Source: Dimorphilus gyrociliatus
Lineage: Eukaryota > Animalia > Annelida
Length of the DNA stretch: 64,000 nt
NCBI GenBank assembly: GCA_904063045.1
Contig: CAJFCJ010000029.1
Location: forward strand, 496,001-560,000
Direction of reading: 5' to 3'
Shown here: positions 38,311-48,272 of the stretch, in pieces
How the letters are laid out: every line of letters begins with the position of its first letter
How positions within the stretch are numbered: position 1 is the first letter of the stretch
Notes under the pieces: generated by a model
The model's input: only the letters and a program-made list of their open reading frames with translations
Database searches by the model: none
What the model was told of the DNA's origin: nothing
Made by a program: the position numbers and the translations under genes

Positions 38311-39510
38311 TATATATACATACGTACACACGCAAACATGCAATACACACATATATATGCTTTTATATACTGTATAACTTAACTTTAAATCGTATAAAAT
38401 ACCTTTTACTCTTTGTTAATAATGTTAGTTTAAAGTTTACTTGTTCTATATCTGTTCACAGATATATATATTATGCATATAAAGTATATGTGATATATAT
38501 TGTTTCATTTGTTTCGAATTCATAGTTGTCTTCTATTCATTTATTATTCAACTCTAATTTATTTCATACGCTTTAAACTCTTCTTCTATTTTAAAATAAA
38601 CATTTATTAATATGTTTATATACATTAACGATATATATTTATATACTTTAATGTATATTACTTAACCGATAGATGGCGTAATTTCTTTTAATTGTAATTT
38701 ATAACGTTTGCTATTGCCATCTATCGGTAAAAAGGTACATCTGCGATAAGTAATGTAGATAGATAAAATTAATATTCAAGTACTGACTTCATTAGGTTAA
38801 CGGAAGAAAAATTTATTACGCTTTTTAGACTATTAGTTTCATAAAAGCTATTTTTTTATCAGATTTTCCAGAATCCACAAGTGATATCAACATTGTACTG
38901 CAAGAGTAGACATATTCAATATTGACGGTATACGCTATCCCGTTTATATTCATATATATATAATTATATGTAAAAAATGTATATCTAGAAATAGAATGCC
39001 TATCTCCATCTTTTCCTTTAGTTCCTTCTTTCCTAGATAGATTTCATAACTATCTCCTTTCATACCTGAAGAGATTACACATCTCATTGAAATCGATTAC
39101 AGAAATTTTTTGCTACATAGATAGCTCTTTTAAGAGTAAAAACTGTTATATAATCAAAGAATGGTTTGGCATTAGCAAAAAAAAAATGCTTTAAACTTTA
39201 CCTAGTAGATAACCATACCCTAGGCGGAGGAGATAAACCGTACAGTATGATTATAGGCCTAGAAAATACTGCGATATCCCATCAAAAATTATTCGATACA
39301 ATTGAATAGGAATAAAAGTATGCTCAATTACAGAAATTGATAAAAATTGATATAAACTATTATGTAGAAATCTATTTTTACCTCCTCAATGCACTCTGAA
39401 AAGTCTTCGTGACGAGCTAAAGGTGATTTTCTCAAAAGTTTCTTCTCAGCTGGAGGAGATACTCCTTTTACTGATATATTCCCTTTTCTTTGACAACTAA
39501 AACACAACAT
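7843..39510 (-). CDS. ANK2: Canonical giant ankyrin (Ank2/unc-44-like): ANK repeats, ZU5-ZU5-UPA, death domain and a very long acidic C-terminal tail; about 5,900 aa if all predicted exons are joined
   Basis: Phase-consistent exon chain: [39382-39510], 34196-34297, 33937-34035, 33580-33777, 33317-33496, 33213-33242, 33050-33148, 32662-32964, 32465-32563, 32292-32390, 31132-32226, 30900-31071, 30502-30639, 29988-30058, 29184-29326, 28623-28847, 28410-28564, 27922-28335, 26001-26870, 25805-25933, 25657-25739, 25271-25291, 24393-24612, 24100-24255, 23853-24008, 23526-23651, 23221-23304, 21962-23029, 21673-21714, 21504-21554, 21121-21222, 20297-20344, 15079-19935, 14195-14728, 14003-14050, 8498-13552, 8076-8160, 7843-8002. 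Hallmarks include [32 protein letters not shown] and [10 protein letters not shown]. Small exons and the choice of first exon are less certain than the core. The symbol indicates family, not strict orthology. Confidence 0.92.
8498..13552 (-). CDS. ANK2: Ankyrin giant exon B (5055 nt, 1685 codons; acidic S/D/E-rich, with SLxEFERLE repeats)
   Basis: Open frame 8460-13562; acceptor gatcgcag at 13553 and candidate donor gtcaag at 8497, both phase 1. An in-frame stop at 8460 is reached if the donor is not used. Confidence 0.9.
15079..19935 (-). CDS. ANK2: Ankyrin giant exon A (4857 nt, 1619 codons; E/S/T-rich, predicted disordered)
   Basis: Open frame 15065-19972; acceptor tttctcag at 19936 and donor gtactg at 15078, both phase 1. 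Confidence 0.9.
25805..28847 (-). CDS. ANK2: Ankyrin ZU5A-ZU5B-UPA supramodule and death domain exons
   Basis: [28 protein letters not shown]; [24 protein letters not shown]; RFWLIDC...[30 protein letters not shown]; death domain [24 protein letters not shown]...RGLVFLHVW. Confidence 0.96.
29444..29713 (-). CDS. Candidate internal alternative first exon of ankyrin encoding an N-terminal hydrophobic anchor
   Basis: ATG-initiated 90 codons ([22 protein letters not shown]...) ending at a GTAATA donor in phase 0, which matches the phase-0 acceptor of the next ankyrin exon 116 nt downstream (29326). Confidence 0.5.
30900..34297 (-). CDS. ANK2: Ankyrin membrane-binding domain (ANK repeat solenoid) exons
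   Basis: Tandem 33-aa TPLH(x)AA repeats. Exon sizes of 99/198/303/1095 nt track the repeat unit. Includes DINTCNN, with Cys at the position equivalent to the palmitoylated C70 of vertebrate ankyrin-G. Confidence 0.97.
34777..34819 (-). CDS. Candidate alternative ankyrin N-terminal exon ([13 protein letters not shown])
   Basis: Acceptor ttttacag, ATG at 34815 and donor gtatgt in phase 0, compatible with exon 34297. Confidence 0.45.
35977..36030. repeat. (TA)n microsatellite
   Basis: Interrupted AT dinucleotide run. Confidence 0.9.
37165..37174. promoter_or_regulatory. NRF1/EWG-type palindrome GCGCATGCGC in a locally GC-rich, promoter-like patch
   Basis: Exact 10-bp palindrome. A minus-strand GTGAGT donor lies just downstream at 37117. 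Confidence 0.4.
38665..38728. repeat. 13-bp perfect inverted repeat (ACCGATAGATGGC / GCCATCTATCGGT) with a 38-nt spacer
   Basis: Arms at 38665-38677 and 38716-38728. Confidence 0.85.
39382..39510 (-). CDS. Candidate ankyrin first coding exon ([10 protein letters not shown]...ECIEE)
   Basis: 43 codons from ATG to GAG|gtaaaa, phase 0, compatible with the SDSNASF exon. Confidence 0.6.
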
Positions 39511-39896
39511 AGCGCAATCGGTTAATCCACTTTCAAAAATCTTTTCTCAAACTAATGTTTTCCGGGAGTGTACAGGAAAGTGAAAGTGCCCGTAAAAACT
39601 GCAACGTATGCCGTATACTTATCCTTAGGCCTATTTTACTCCTGTAGAGTATTTACTGCATAGTCTAACGGTAAAATATTTAACCAGGAGGTAAATTTCT
39701 AGAATTCTTAATAATTTTTTTAAAGCTTCTACTGTAAAGCCATATATGATAAGATTGTTAAAACGTTTAAGGTTTTTCCCCCTACTTTAATAGCCTGTTG
39801 ATCACTGGAGAGCATATATATACTAATATATCCTAATATATTTCGTATAAATATTAAGTTCTCTTAAAATAGGTTTGCAATCAATACAACACATCG

Positions 39897-39903
<7 letters not shown>

Positions 39904-39937
<34 letters not shown>

Positions 39938-39972
39938 CGTATATACTCTATATATATATATATATATATATA
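39904..39972. repeat. (TA)n microsatellites
   Basis: Two adjacent AT runs. Confidence 0.9.
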
Positions 39973-40274
39973 CAGATAGAAGGATAGATATGTCTAATGC
40001 ACACCTTACATTTTATTAAGCATCGCTTCAATTCTTTGTTATGGATTGTGCACTAGTTTACAATTTATTTTGTTAAAAGAAAGATTTTATTAAAGGTGTG
40101 ATTTGTATATAGTTAATTTTCACGAGATCATGAAACAAGTAAACACCTGAAGCCTATTATTATGGCAAGTGAACTGGAAATATACAACTGACGTCATAAG
40201 TTGGTCGTCAGATATTTTGCTGCCACCTCATGGGCTAGCACAAGCATTATTGTCGATGTAAAAGTCTAGTAAAG

Positions 40275-41402
40275 ATGGTTTATGGCAGAGTTAACAATTC
40301 ATTAAATGATACATCTTATGATGTTAATATTTATAATGAAATAGCTTATGGAATAATTAAATATTTTTTCCCATTTTCTCTCCTTATTGGAACTTTTGCC
40401 AATTGTTTTATCGTTTATATAATGAGAAAGAAGTCGGTGAAGTCATCAGTAAGTGTTTCCATTATTCTTTGTCTTCTGGCAGTCTCTGACACAACTGTTT
40501 TATGGACGTCTGAGTTCCGAAATTGGTCGAGAGTAGCGTTCAATTACGATTTCATCATACAATCGGATATTTCCTGCAAATTTACAAAATATCTGTTCTA
40601 CTCGAGTAGTCACTTTTCCAATTGGCTCGTAGCGTCATTTAGTATAGAAAGAATGCTTGTGGTATGGACGCCACTAAATGCTTCCAGATTTTGTAGATCA
40701 AATAGATTAGCCACTTACTTAGGACTTTTAATTACATGCATTTTTGGATCAAACATCTCCTGGGCTGTTTATAGTCGTATAAAATTAATTAATGGTTTAG
40801 GAAAGGAGTGTGCAACAGAAATCCCTTCTTCAAACTTTATATCATATATTCCCTTAATAAATATGATCTTAACTGTTGTGATGCCGTTTGCTATTGTACT
40901 TATTGGGAACTCGCTGATAATCGTCGGACTAATTCGGGGATCCAACAGAATAGAGGATGGCGATTCTGTCGCTGCAAGAAATCAGAGAAGAATAACAATT
41001 GGATTAGTTGTTACTGCTGCTTCGTGGCTCCTACTAACATTTCCTCAGGCTATAATGGAATATCTTAGACCCCTGATACAAGGCCGTGCTTATTTCTTGT
41101 CCCAAACAGTCGGATTTTCTTTATTATATCTAAATCATAGCATCAACTTTTTTATCTATGTTTTAAGTGCAAAAACTGTAAGAAGAGAATTACAGAAAAG
41201 CGTGTTGTGTCGGTTGTGTAATCAAAACATAGGAAGGGAAGAACGCTTGCTTAGAGTTCCCGTAATTCGAAGACGCGCTGATGTCCGGAAAATAAGAAAC
41301 CAAGCTGCCTACCCCATGATTCTAACTCAAATGACTGGAATGAGCAAAAGTAACAAGAAAATTTCTTCAAGGTTAACACGAACAATAGATCAAATATGCT
41401 AA
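40275..41402 (+). CDS. Intronless rhodopsin-class (class A) GPCR, FMRFamide/peptide-receptor-like orphan, 375 aa
   Basis: Seven hydrophobic segments; GTFAN in TM1, LAVSD in TM2, CK at the TM3 start, SIER in place of DRY, P in TM5/6 and YLNHSINFFIY in TM7; N-terminal N-glycosylation sequons. A CRE (TGACGTCA) lies at 40189-40196. Confidence 0.9.
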   Translation: MVYGRVNNSLNDTSYDVNIYNEIAYGIIKYFFPFSLLIGTFANCFIVYIMRKKSVKSSVSVSIILCLLAVSDTTVLWTSEFRNWSRVAFNYDFIIQSDISCKFTKYLFYSSSHFSNWLVASFSIERMLVVWTPLNASRFCRSNRLATYLGLLITCIFGSNISWAVYSRIKLINGLGKECATEIPSSNFISYIPLINMILTVVMPFAIVLIGNSLIIVGLIRGSNRIEDGDSVAARNQRRITIGLVVTAASWLLLTFPQAIMEYLRPLIQGRAYFLSQTVGFSLLYLNHSINFFIYVLSAKTVRRELQKSVLCRLCNQNIGREERLLRVPVIRRRADVRKIRNQAAYPMILTQMTGMSKSNKKISSRLTRTIDQIC

Positions 41403-41569
41403 TAATTGTCTTTAAATTTACTTCTATCTCTGAAAAACTCGATCTGTTCACAAAAAATTAACTGTACTCTTTCATTAACCAATCAAGGTTGAAAATGCTT
41501 CATATTCAAATCAATAAATTATATTAAAGGAAGAAAGGAGAATCTTTAAATATTAGCTATCTCTTTACA

Positions 41570-41659
41570 CCTCCCCTATTCTCCCCCTCCCCTCTCCCTC
41601 CTTCCTCCTCCCCTCACTCCCCACCCACTCCCATCCCTCTCTCTCTCTCTCTCTCTCTC
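41570..41659. repeat. C-rich polypyrimidine tract ending in (CT)n; G-quadruplex-prone on the minus strand
   Basis: About eight C3-5 runs in ~70 nt, then a CT microsatellite. Confidence 0.8.
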
Positions 41660-42110
41660 ACTTTCTCTGTTGCCTCTGAGTCTTCTGTCTTTCTTTAAAA
41701 AATAAATAGCCAAAAATCTCTTCTTAACTAAATAAATAGTACAATTTTTCTTTCACTTTTCCTAATAAGGCACGACTGTTAAAATACTCCATTTAGCTTG
41801 GAAGGAAATAAAACTAAAAAGAGAAAAATTAAGATGAAAATAGATTGCAAAGGTATCCAAGCCTTATCTACTCTTTTTGAAGGAGTTTTATATGTTATTT
41901 TGTGTTTGCCATTAGAGTAGAAAATATAGCAGTCATGAAAACATAAAAGTTAAACTAAATGATAATAGATAAAATATTAAAAAAGAAATGATACAAAGAA
42001 GAAAAGGCATAGAATGGCAAAATGAAGACAATAGAGAATTTCTGAAGAGATTTTAGACAGTTATAACGTACTCTAGCTTTCTTCCATTTTATTACAAAAA
42101 ATATATATAC

Positions 42111-42131
42111 CTTGGTATTACTCGTCCCCAT
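42111..42131 (-). CDS. Candidate 7-codon first exon MGTSNTK (N-myristoylation consensus), possibly of ankyrin
   Basis: ATG GGG ACG AGT AAT ACC AAG followed by a gtatat donor in phase 0. Confidence 0.35.
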
Positions 42132-45100
42132 CGGCCATGAGAGTTCGTGATATTTTTATGCGTGGAAATTAGATCGTTATCGAAAATTAACGTTTGCAAA
42201 AATGTCTTTCAGAAAGTTTCTTTGTTGAGTTGCATTTATACAATAAGGAATTTTAATATTCATTATAAAAAGGAAGACTAGCCAAATTATAATAAGAGAA
42301 AAATAATTAAAATAGTAAGGCTTAACTCATTCTATAGAAAAAGAACATATTGTACCTTAAATATTTAATAGTAAGTTCTGTACACTTTAAAACATCAACA
42401 GTTTTGCATAAAATTAATAAATATAACATTTGATGATATTAGAAAAAATATGGCTTAATAGTGCAGTAGTAGAATGCTATTAAGTTGAAAACAATAGGAA
42501 AGAGACTACTTGTAGACAAATGGAGAAGGTAAGAATGATAGATATAAAGAGTACATAGAAGAAAATAGAGAAATAACTAAAAACAAATTGCATAATAATA
42601 CAAAATAAAGGTAAAAAAAAGAAGAGAAATTTTGTAGTTTTTCCTTTTATTATATAATTAGTTTAATAAGAAAGAAAAGTTTTTTTTTTAATTAGTTATC
42701 TAGAATATATTTTATAAATTGATTTCTTTTCAGATAAATAATCTCTTCCTCCTTCCTCTGGCATGGAAAGACAGTCTGAAATTCTATCAAGAACAGACTA
42801 TATTTATCTCTTTTTTCTGCTTTTTACTTATTGATTAGGATTTATTTGATTGATTTTGATACAAATGCTACAATGATTGTTATTTATTATGGTAATGAAA
42901 GAGTAAAATATAAAAAATTGAATATTCTATATGAAATATGAATGTTGAATATAAGATAATTAAATTTCAAAATATTATTAAAAGTATTCTAATAAAAGAT
43001 TAATAATATTTCTTTAAATATAACGTAAAAAATGACATTTCTCTGCAATTTATATTTGTTTACTTATTAATAATCTACTGTTGTTTCCTTTCTTATATTT
43101 AAGAAGGCAATATAACAAAAAAAACTTTAAGAAAAAGGAAAAAGATAGACTAACAGTAACATCATAAGGTTTTGGTGCAAAAGGTTTGATCATATAGGAA
43201 AAGAATATCAGAGGCGTAAGCAAAAAGAACGAAAAGGGATGATAATTTATGAGATAAAGTAGTAGCATTACTTGGAAGAAAAATTTATTCGGTCTTTTAT
43301 ATTTTAAGTAAAAATTTTTTTATATAGGAAAGGAGGTCATAGTCAGCGTTGCTCAGACAGCTCTGCAGACATATATATGTAGCTGTCTCTGATCTATAAG
43401 GTATATTTCAATATCATCAAAGTATGTAAAAAATATATAAATATCAATTAAAAGGTACGTAGTTCTTCTATTTCCACTATTTAAAACTAAAGTATTTACA
43501 GAATAACATTTCAATATGGAATCTTTCTAAATGATAACATGTGTAAAATTTTATTTTGACAAACAAGGGATTTCTTTAGCTAAAAGGTTTAGAAATGCTA
43601 TTCCTTCCTAAATTCTTCCTATTTTCATAGTCTTCCACTGAACTTGTAGATTTATATAAATCGTTATAAAGATACTCATTGTATTGTCAATCAATAACGT
43701 GCATATTCCCTTCTTTTTCTTTATAAGCTTTTCGTTACCTGTACCATTTTTTTCTGACATAGGAAAGTTCTGCTGAGAGTGCTTTGTCGCTTAAACTGAA
43801 GATAGGAATACGGAGAGAAAAAGTTGCTTATTTCTATAATTATTCCTTATTTAAGACAGTTTAATTGATAATTTAAAAAAATATAATTAGTAGGTAAAAT
43901 ATCGGACTAAACAACAAAACATTTAAAGCTAATTAAATTAGGTAATTTAAATAATAATGTCACTTTAGAAATGGAATTAGAAATAAGATCTATAATGAAG
44001 ATTTTGTAAACAGAGCAAAGCAGTGAATTTTGCGACTAAATCATAACTCTTTCACTTAAAGAGTAAGTTGTACTAAAGGAAATGAAAGAAAGGTTTAACC
44101 CTGCCTCTTTGCTCTTAAAGGCCTTTACAGGTTATAAAATGTACAAATATTCTCCACCCTATCTAGTTAAAGAGCTAAGCATTAAATTTATGTCATAAAA
44201 GTCACAGCTCTATATATGGTTTCCTGATTGAAATAAAGAAGATCCTATTGAAACCTCTTAAAACCTAAACGAATGGAGATTAAATTTAAAGCTGTTTAGA
44301 ATTTCTACTATTTTTTGCATGTTTTCTATCTTAATTTTTCTAATTGTTTTCGGTGTTTTCTTTCACATTATTAAATTATTAGTAAAGTATACAGGGAAAA
44401 AGCACTCATGAATATTTATAATGTAAAAGACTGATTAAAGTAAAGTAATTTGTTTGTTCTATATTTTTTCTTTTCATATTCTCTGTTATTTCATGTACAA
44501 GTAATACTCTCTTGTGACACAACTCTGTTAGTTTCTTTTCAAGATTGAGATAATTTTGTAATAGGATTGCTAATAATTCATATTACTTCTACATTCATTT
44601 ATATTTCTTTTATTTCCAGGCCATGTTCTTAGAAAAGTATTTTAAGATTGTTATTGCAGTATTAAATATTGCAAACACATATTAATAAACTCTTGTCGGC
44701 TGCTAGACATAAATTAAAAGAAAATATTTTTTGGCGAAGGGTTTGGATTAAAGATTACAAGAAAACAAAGTTTGTAATCATAGAATCTTACACAACAAAT
44801 TGACAAGCTACAAGCTTTCCTTTGTCTTTCATCACTGTACTCTCCTTAACCTTTTCAAGTTGTATCCCCTCACCTAGCTTATACGCTTTTTGTTGTTCAT
44901 AATCATTCACTTAAATGCATTGCAATCTTATTTTGTCCTCTCATAAGGCTTTCTTAGACAGTTCTCTTTCGTAACTAAATTATATCTTCAAAGATAACTT
45001 CTATCATATACAACGCCATCTAGTTTCTCCTATTTACAGCATGCTGAGTTAAAAATCTATACATAAAAGGCGATAATTCTACTTTATAGCTTAAAGTAAT

Positions 45101-45270
45101 TAGAAATTGATTATAGTTTTAATTAAAGTTTGTTGTTTAAGAATGAAGAAAAAACACGACGACAAGAGATTTATTAAAATTAACAGTCGATAACGCCATC
45201 TTGTATGCAAGAAGGGAGAAACAGAGAGAATTTAAAGAAAAATCAGACGGTATAAAAATTATTCTTAGTC

Positions 45271-46925
45271 TTAATTATAGCTTGTCAATTCAGAATCGAA
45301 AGTCTCCGATCGACTTAAATAATCAGAAGAGGATGAATCTTCATTTGACCTGGCGGATTCGGGCATAGATTTGGATGTTTTCATTCGATTACTATCCATA
45401 ACGATGCTCTTTTCGAAATAGCTTTTATATTTGGCTGGTAAACGCCTGGTTGAGGGTGGTTTCGGTCGCCTTGGCTAAATTGATTATAGAGAAAGCATAT
45501 TTTATATATTTTTGACACTTGTACAGAGTCTACTCCTAGTTTTTATGCCATATACAGTATTTACAGTATACAGTATACTGCCCATTTATGTATTGTTTAA
45601 ATGCTTATTATATTTTAGACATAATTATAGGGAAATGTTATAAACTGATTTTACTTACAGCTTTTAATAGTGTATGCTGAGGTAGGTAGCATAGTTCCTC
45701 CTCATCTACACTGTGAACTCCTTCATCTTCCGATTCATTTCTAATTTTTCTATTAACTTCCTGAAAGAATTAAGTATTGTTTATTTTCATCTTCTCCTCC
45801 AATTCCGTACAATCTTATCTTTATAAATTGAATTTACTAAAATTTTGCACCTGTTTTATATTCGACAAACAAATAGGTTTAGGGAAGGAAAGGGAAATAA
45901 AAGTAGTATATTTAATATACAAGCCAATTACATAAATATTGCATTTAGTTGCAAATATATACTCTGTTTATATTACATTTAATATATAATATATATCTAT
46001 ATCTACTGTATATATGTATATTACCTTATGATGATTCGGAAATTTCATAAGGTCAGATGTCTGCAATAGCACCACTTGGTTTTCCATTCTAGTAAAATAA
46101 ATGAAATCTATTAAATAAATCAATTTGCGTGAAGGTTAAACGTTAATTCATTTTTTTATGGGATTTAAAGGGAAGATTTAGAATGTGATGTAAACGTACG
46201 AGGACAGAGAAATATATAGATAGATAGAGAGACAGAGAGAGAGATAAAATTGGGATAGACTCTATAAAAAAGATGATTCAGTGAGAGGCTATTGCACAAA
46301 TAGTCTCTGTACATCCGTGAAATGAATGCGTGTATACAATTTGCTCAGTTCTCTTTCGCATTTATTTGCTGCCTCCTCATTCGATTACATATAAGATTTC
46401 TAATGTAATTTACCCTATTCTCTTTGATTTTCCGTTAATAGGGAAAAGATCTATTTCTTAACTATAAACTTACTGCAATGAAAACGAATTCTCAATTCTC
46501 CTCAAGTGTTCATTATCCGTAAACTCAGTACCAGATTTTTCCCTGGGAGATTTCCTATTTGAGCACCAGAAAACGCAAGCCGAGGTAATGAGGAGAATAA
46601 TTACCACACCGATTGACGCTCCGATAATTATACCGAGTGTAACTGGGAAACCAGAGTAGTCTTTCGTTAAGACTCCGTAATCTCCATATGTCGAATTCTG
46701 GACAGTGATGGTGCTCAAAAGTAAAGAATTTTTATCTCCTTCTCCTTCTTTATCGTGGTTTAACTTGGTTTTTGCCTTTGATATTGTTGGTTTGGCGTCC
46801 AGTAGAGTCTTTGTATAATTCGAATTCTCAGTTGAATTCGATATTTCGCCTCGAACTATCTGCAGAATGACTGAGAAAGTGATTACTAACCAATAAATAG
46901 GATTTAAATAAGTATATGTTCCCAT
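45271..46925 (-). CDS. Orphan type I single-pass membrane protein, 4 exons, 273 aa
   Basis: Exons 46474-46925, 46025-46088, 45659-45760 and 45271-45474 join in phase (822 nt). Signal peptide-like N-terminus, short S/T-rich ectodomain with N-glycosylation sequons, TM helix VTLGIIIGASIGVVIILLITSACVFWC and a ~150-aa cytoplasmic tail. Confidence 0.75.
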
Positions 46926-47954
46926 GCCGCAAATACTGAAACAGATAAAAAGAAATCCAAATTATATCCCTTTCACTTTCTCAGCCTTTTCTAATTCTTC
47001 TATCCCGAAATCACCTTGCACCTTTCGTGTCTCAAGAGTATTGCCAACTTGACTAAAACCAAAAGAAAACGAGAGGAGTAGATACTTTTATTCCAAAAAT
47101 CCTTACTTTCTCATTCTCCTTCTCCTTTCACCAGGTCAATCTTACATTTCAGGTAGTAATAAATACGTTATTGGCTTAGTTTTATCTTTTGACCAGTATA
47201 TTTCTTATAGATAGAGCAATTCACCAAACAATTTTTCGTCTGCTTTCGCTGAATATTTCCGCCGGTAGAGTATAGCGACACCTATATTTCTATGGAATGG
47301 CGATCGTTATTGTTAGAATGGATAAGTGAAGGGATAAATGAACGTTCCTTCTCTTTTCGCGTTTGCCTTTTATCGATTTTGTTTAACGAAACGTATACGA
47401 AGAGGGTTTTATTTAATATAATTTAATCTGTTGCCCAAGGCTACCACCCATTCCTAGCCATCGTTTCAATATTCAATATGCGATATATTCTATGAGTTAT
47501 TTTTTCCTAGTTTTCTTTCACTATCATAAATCTGAGCAATATAAAGTGCATACTATATACTGTATATTTATATATATATACTCACACACACACTTGTAAT
47601 ATATCATTCATAAATGCCAGATAAATTTTACAACAACAATAATAATAATAGTAATAAAACTAAAGAATAAAACTTCTTAATTCATTCTTTGTTGCGACTC
47701 TTTTTCCACGTCGCTTCCTATCTTAAAATTCTCTTGATAGCCTTATACATAATGCATATTGTTCGTTTGACTGGGACTCCCAAGTTGACTGTTTGTTGTT
47801 TGACTAATAACCGCAAGAAAATTTTTAAATAGAGAGAAATTTTCTCTCTTTCTTTTAATATCTTTTGTATATGTTTATTTAAAAATATCTTATATATTCA
47901 GTGTAACTACTTATAGTATTTACTTTTCTATATAATAAAAAACGTTTGGTGTAT

Positions 47955-48272
47955 TTATATAGTTTCTTTGCAATTATTAAACGTTATACGCTTATAATAA
48001 ACTTTTCTTGCGTGAATTCCTTTTATAGTGAACGTCAAATTAAGAGCGCTTTCTTTCATTCTTATCGAAACCGTTCTTGTCGTGGAAAATTGATTTTTTC
48101 GATAAATCGAATAAAGATACAACGTGTTGTTTCGTGTTCCATTTCTTTCAAGAAATTTCCCCTTTCTCAAATTTGTTTTTTGGGAAAGGAACATTTTTTT
48201 TTGGGGCAATTCGATGGATAACGCTGGTTTCTTCTTTCCTACTCTGAAAACGTACTGAGAGCGTTTAATATC
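47955..48272 (-). CDS. Candidate terminal exon of an unidentified gene (105 aa, basic)
   Basis: Strong acceptor acttttttcccttag followed by an open frame DIKRSQYVFRVGKKKPALSIELPQKKMFL...CKETI-stop. A possible upstream exon ends CAG|gtaagt at 48635. Confidence 0.3.
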   Translation of the reverse strand, partial: DIKRSQYVFRVGKKKPALSIELPQKKMFLSQKTNLRKGKFLERNGTRNNTLYLYSIYRKNQFSTTRTVSIRMKESALNLTFTIKGIHARKVYYKRITFNNCKETI

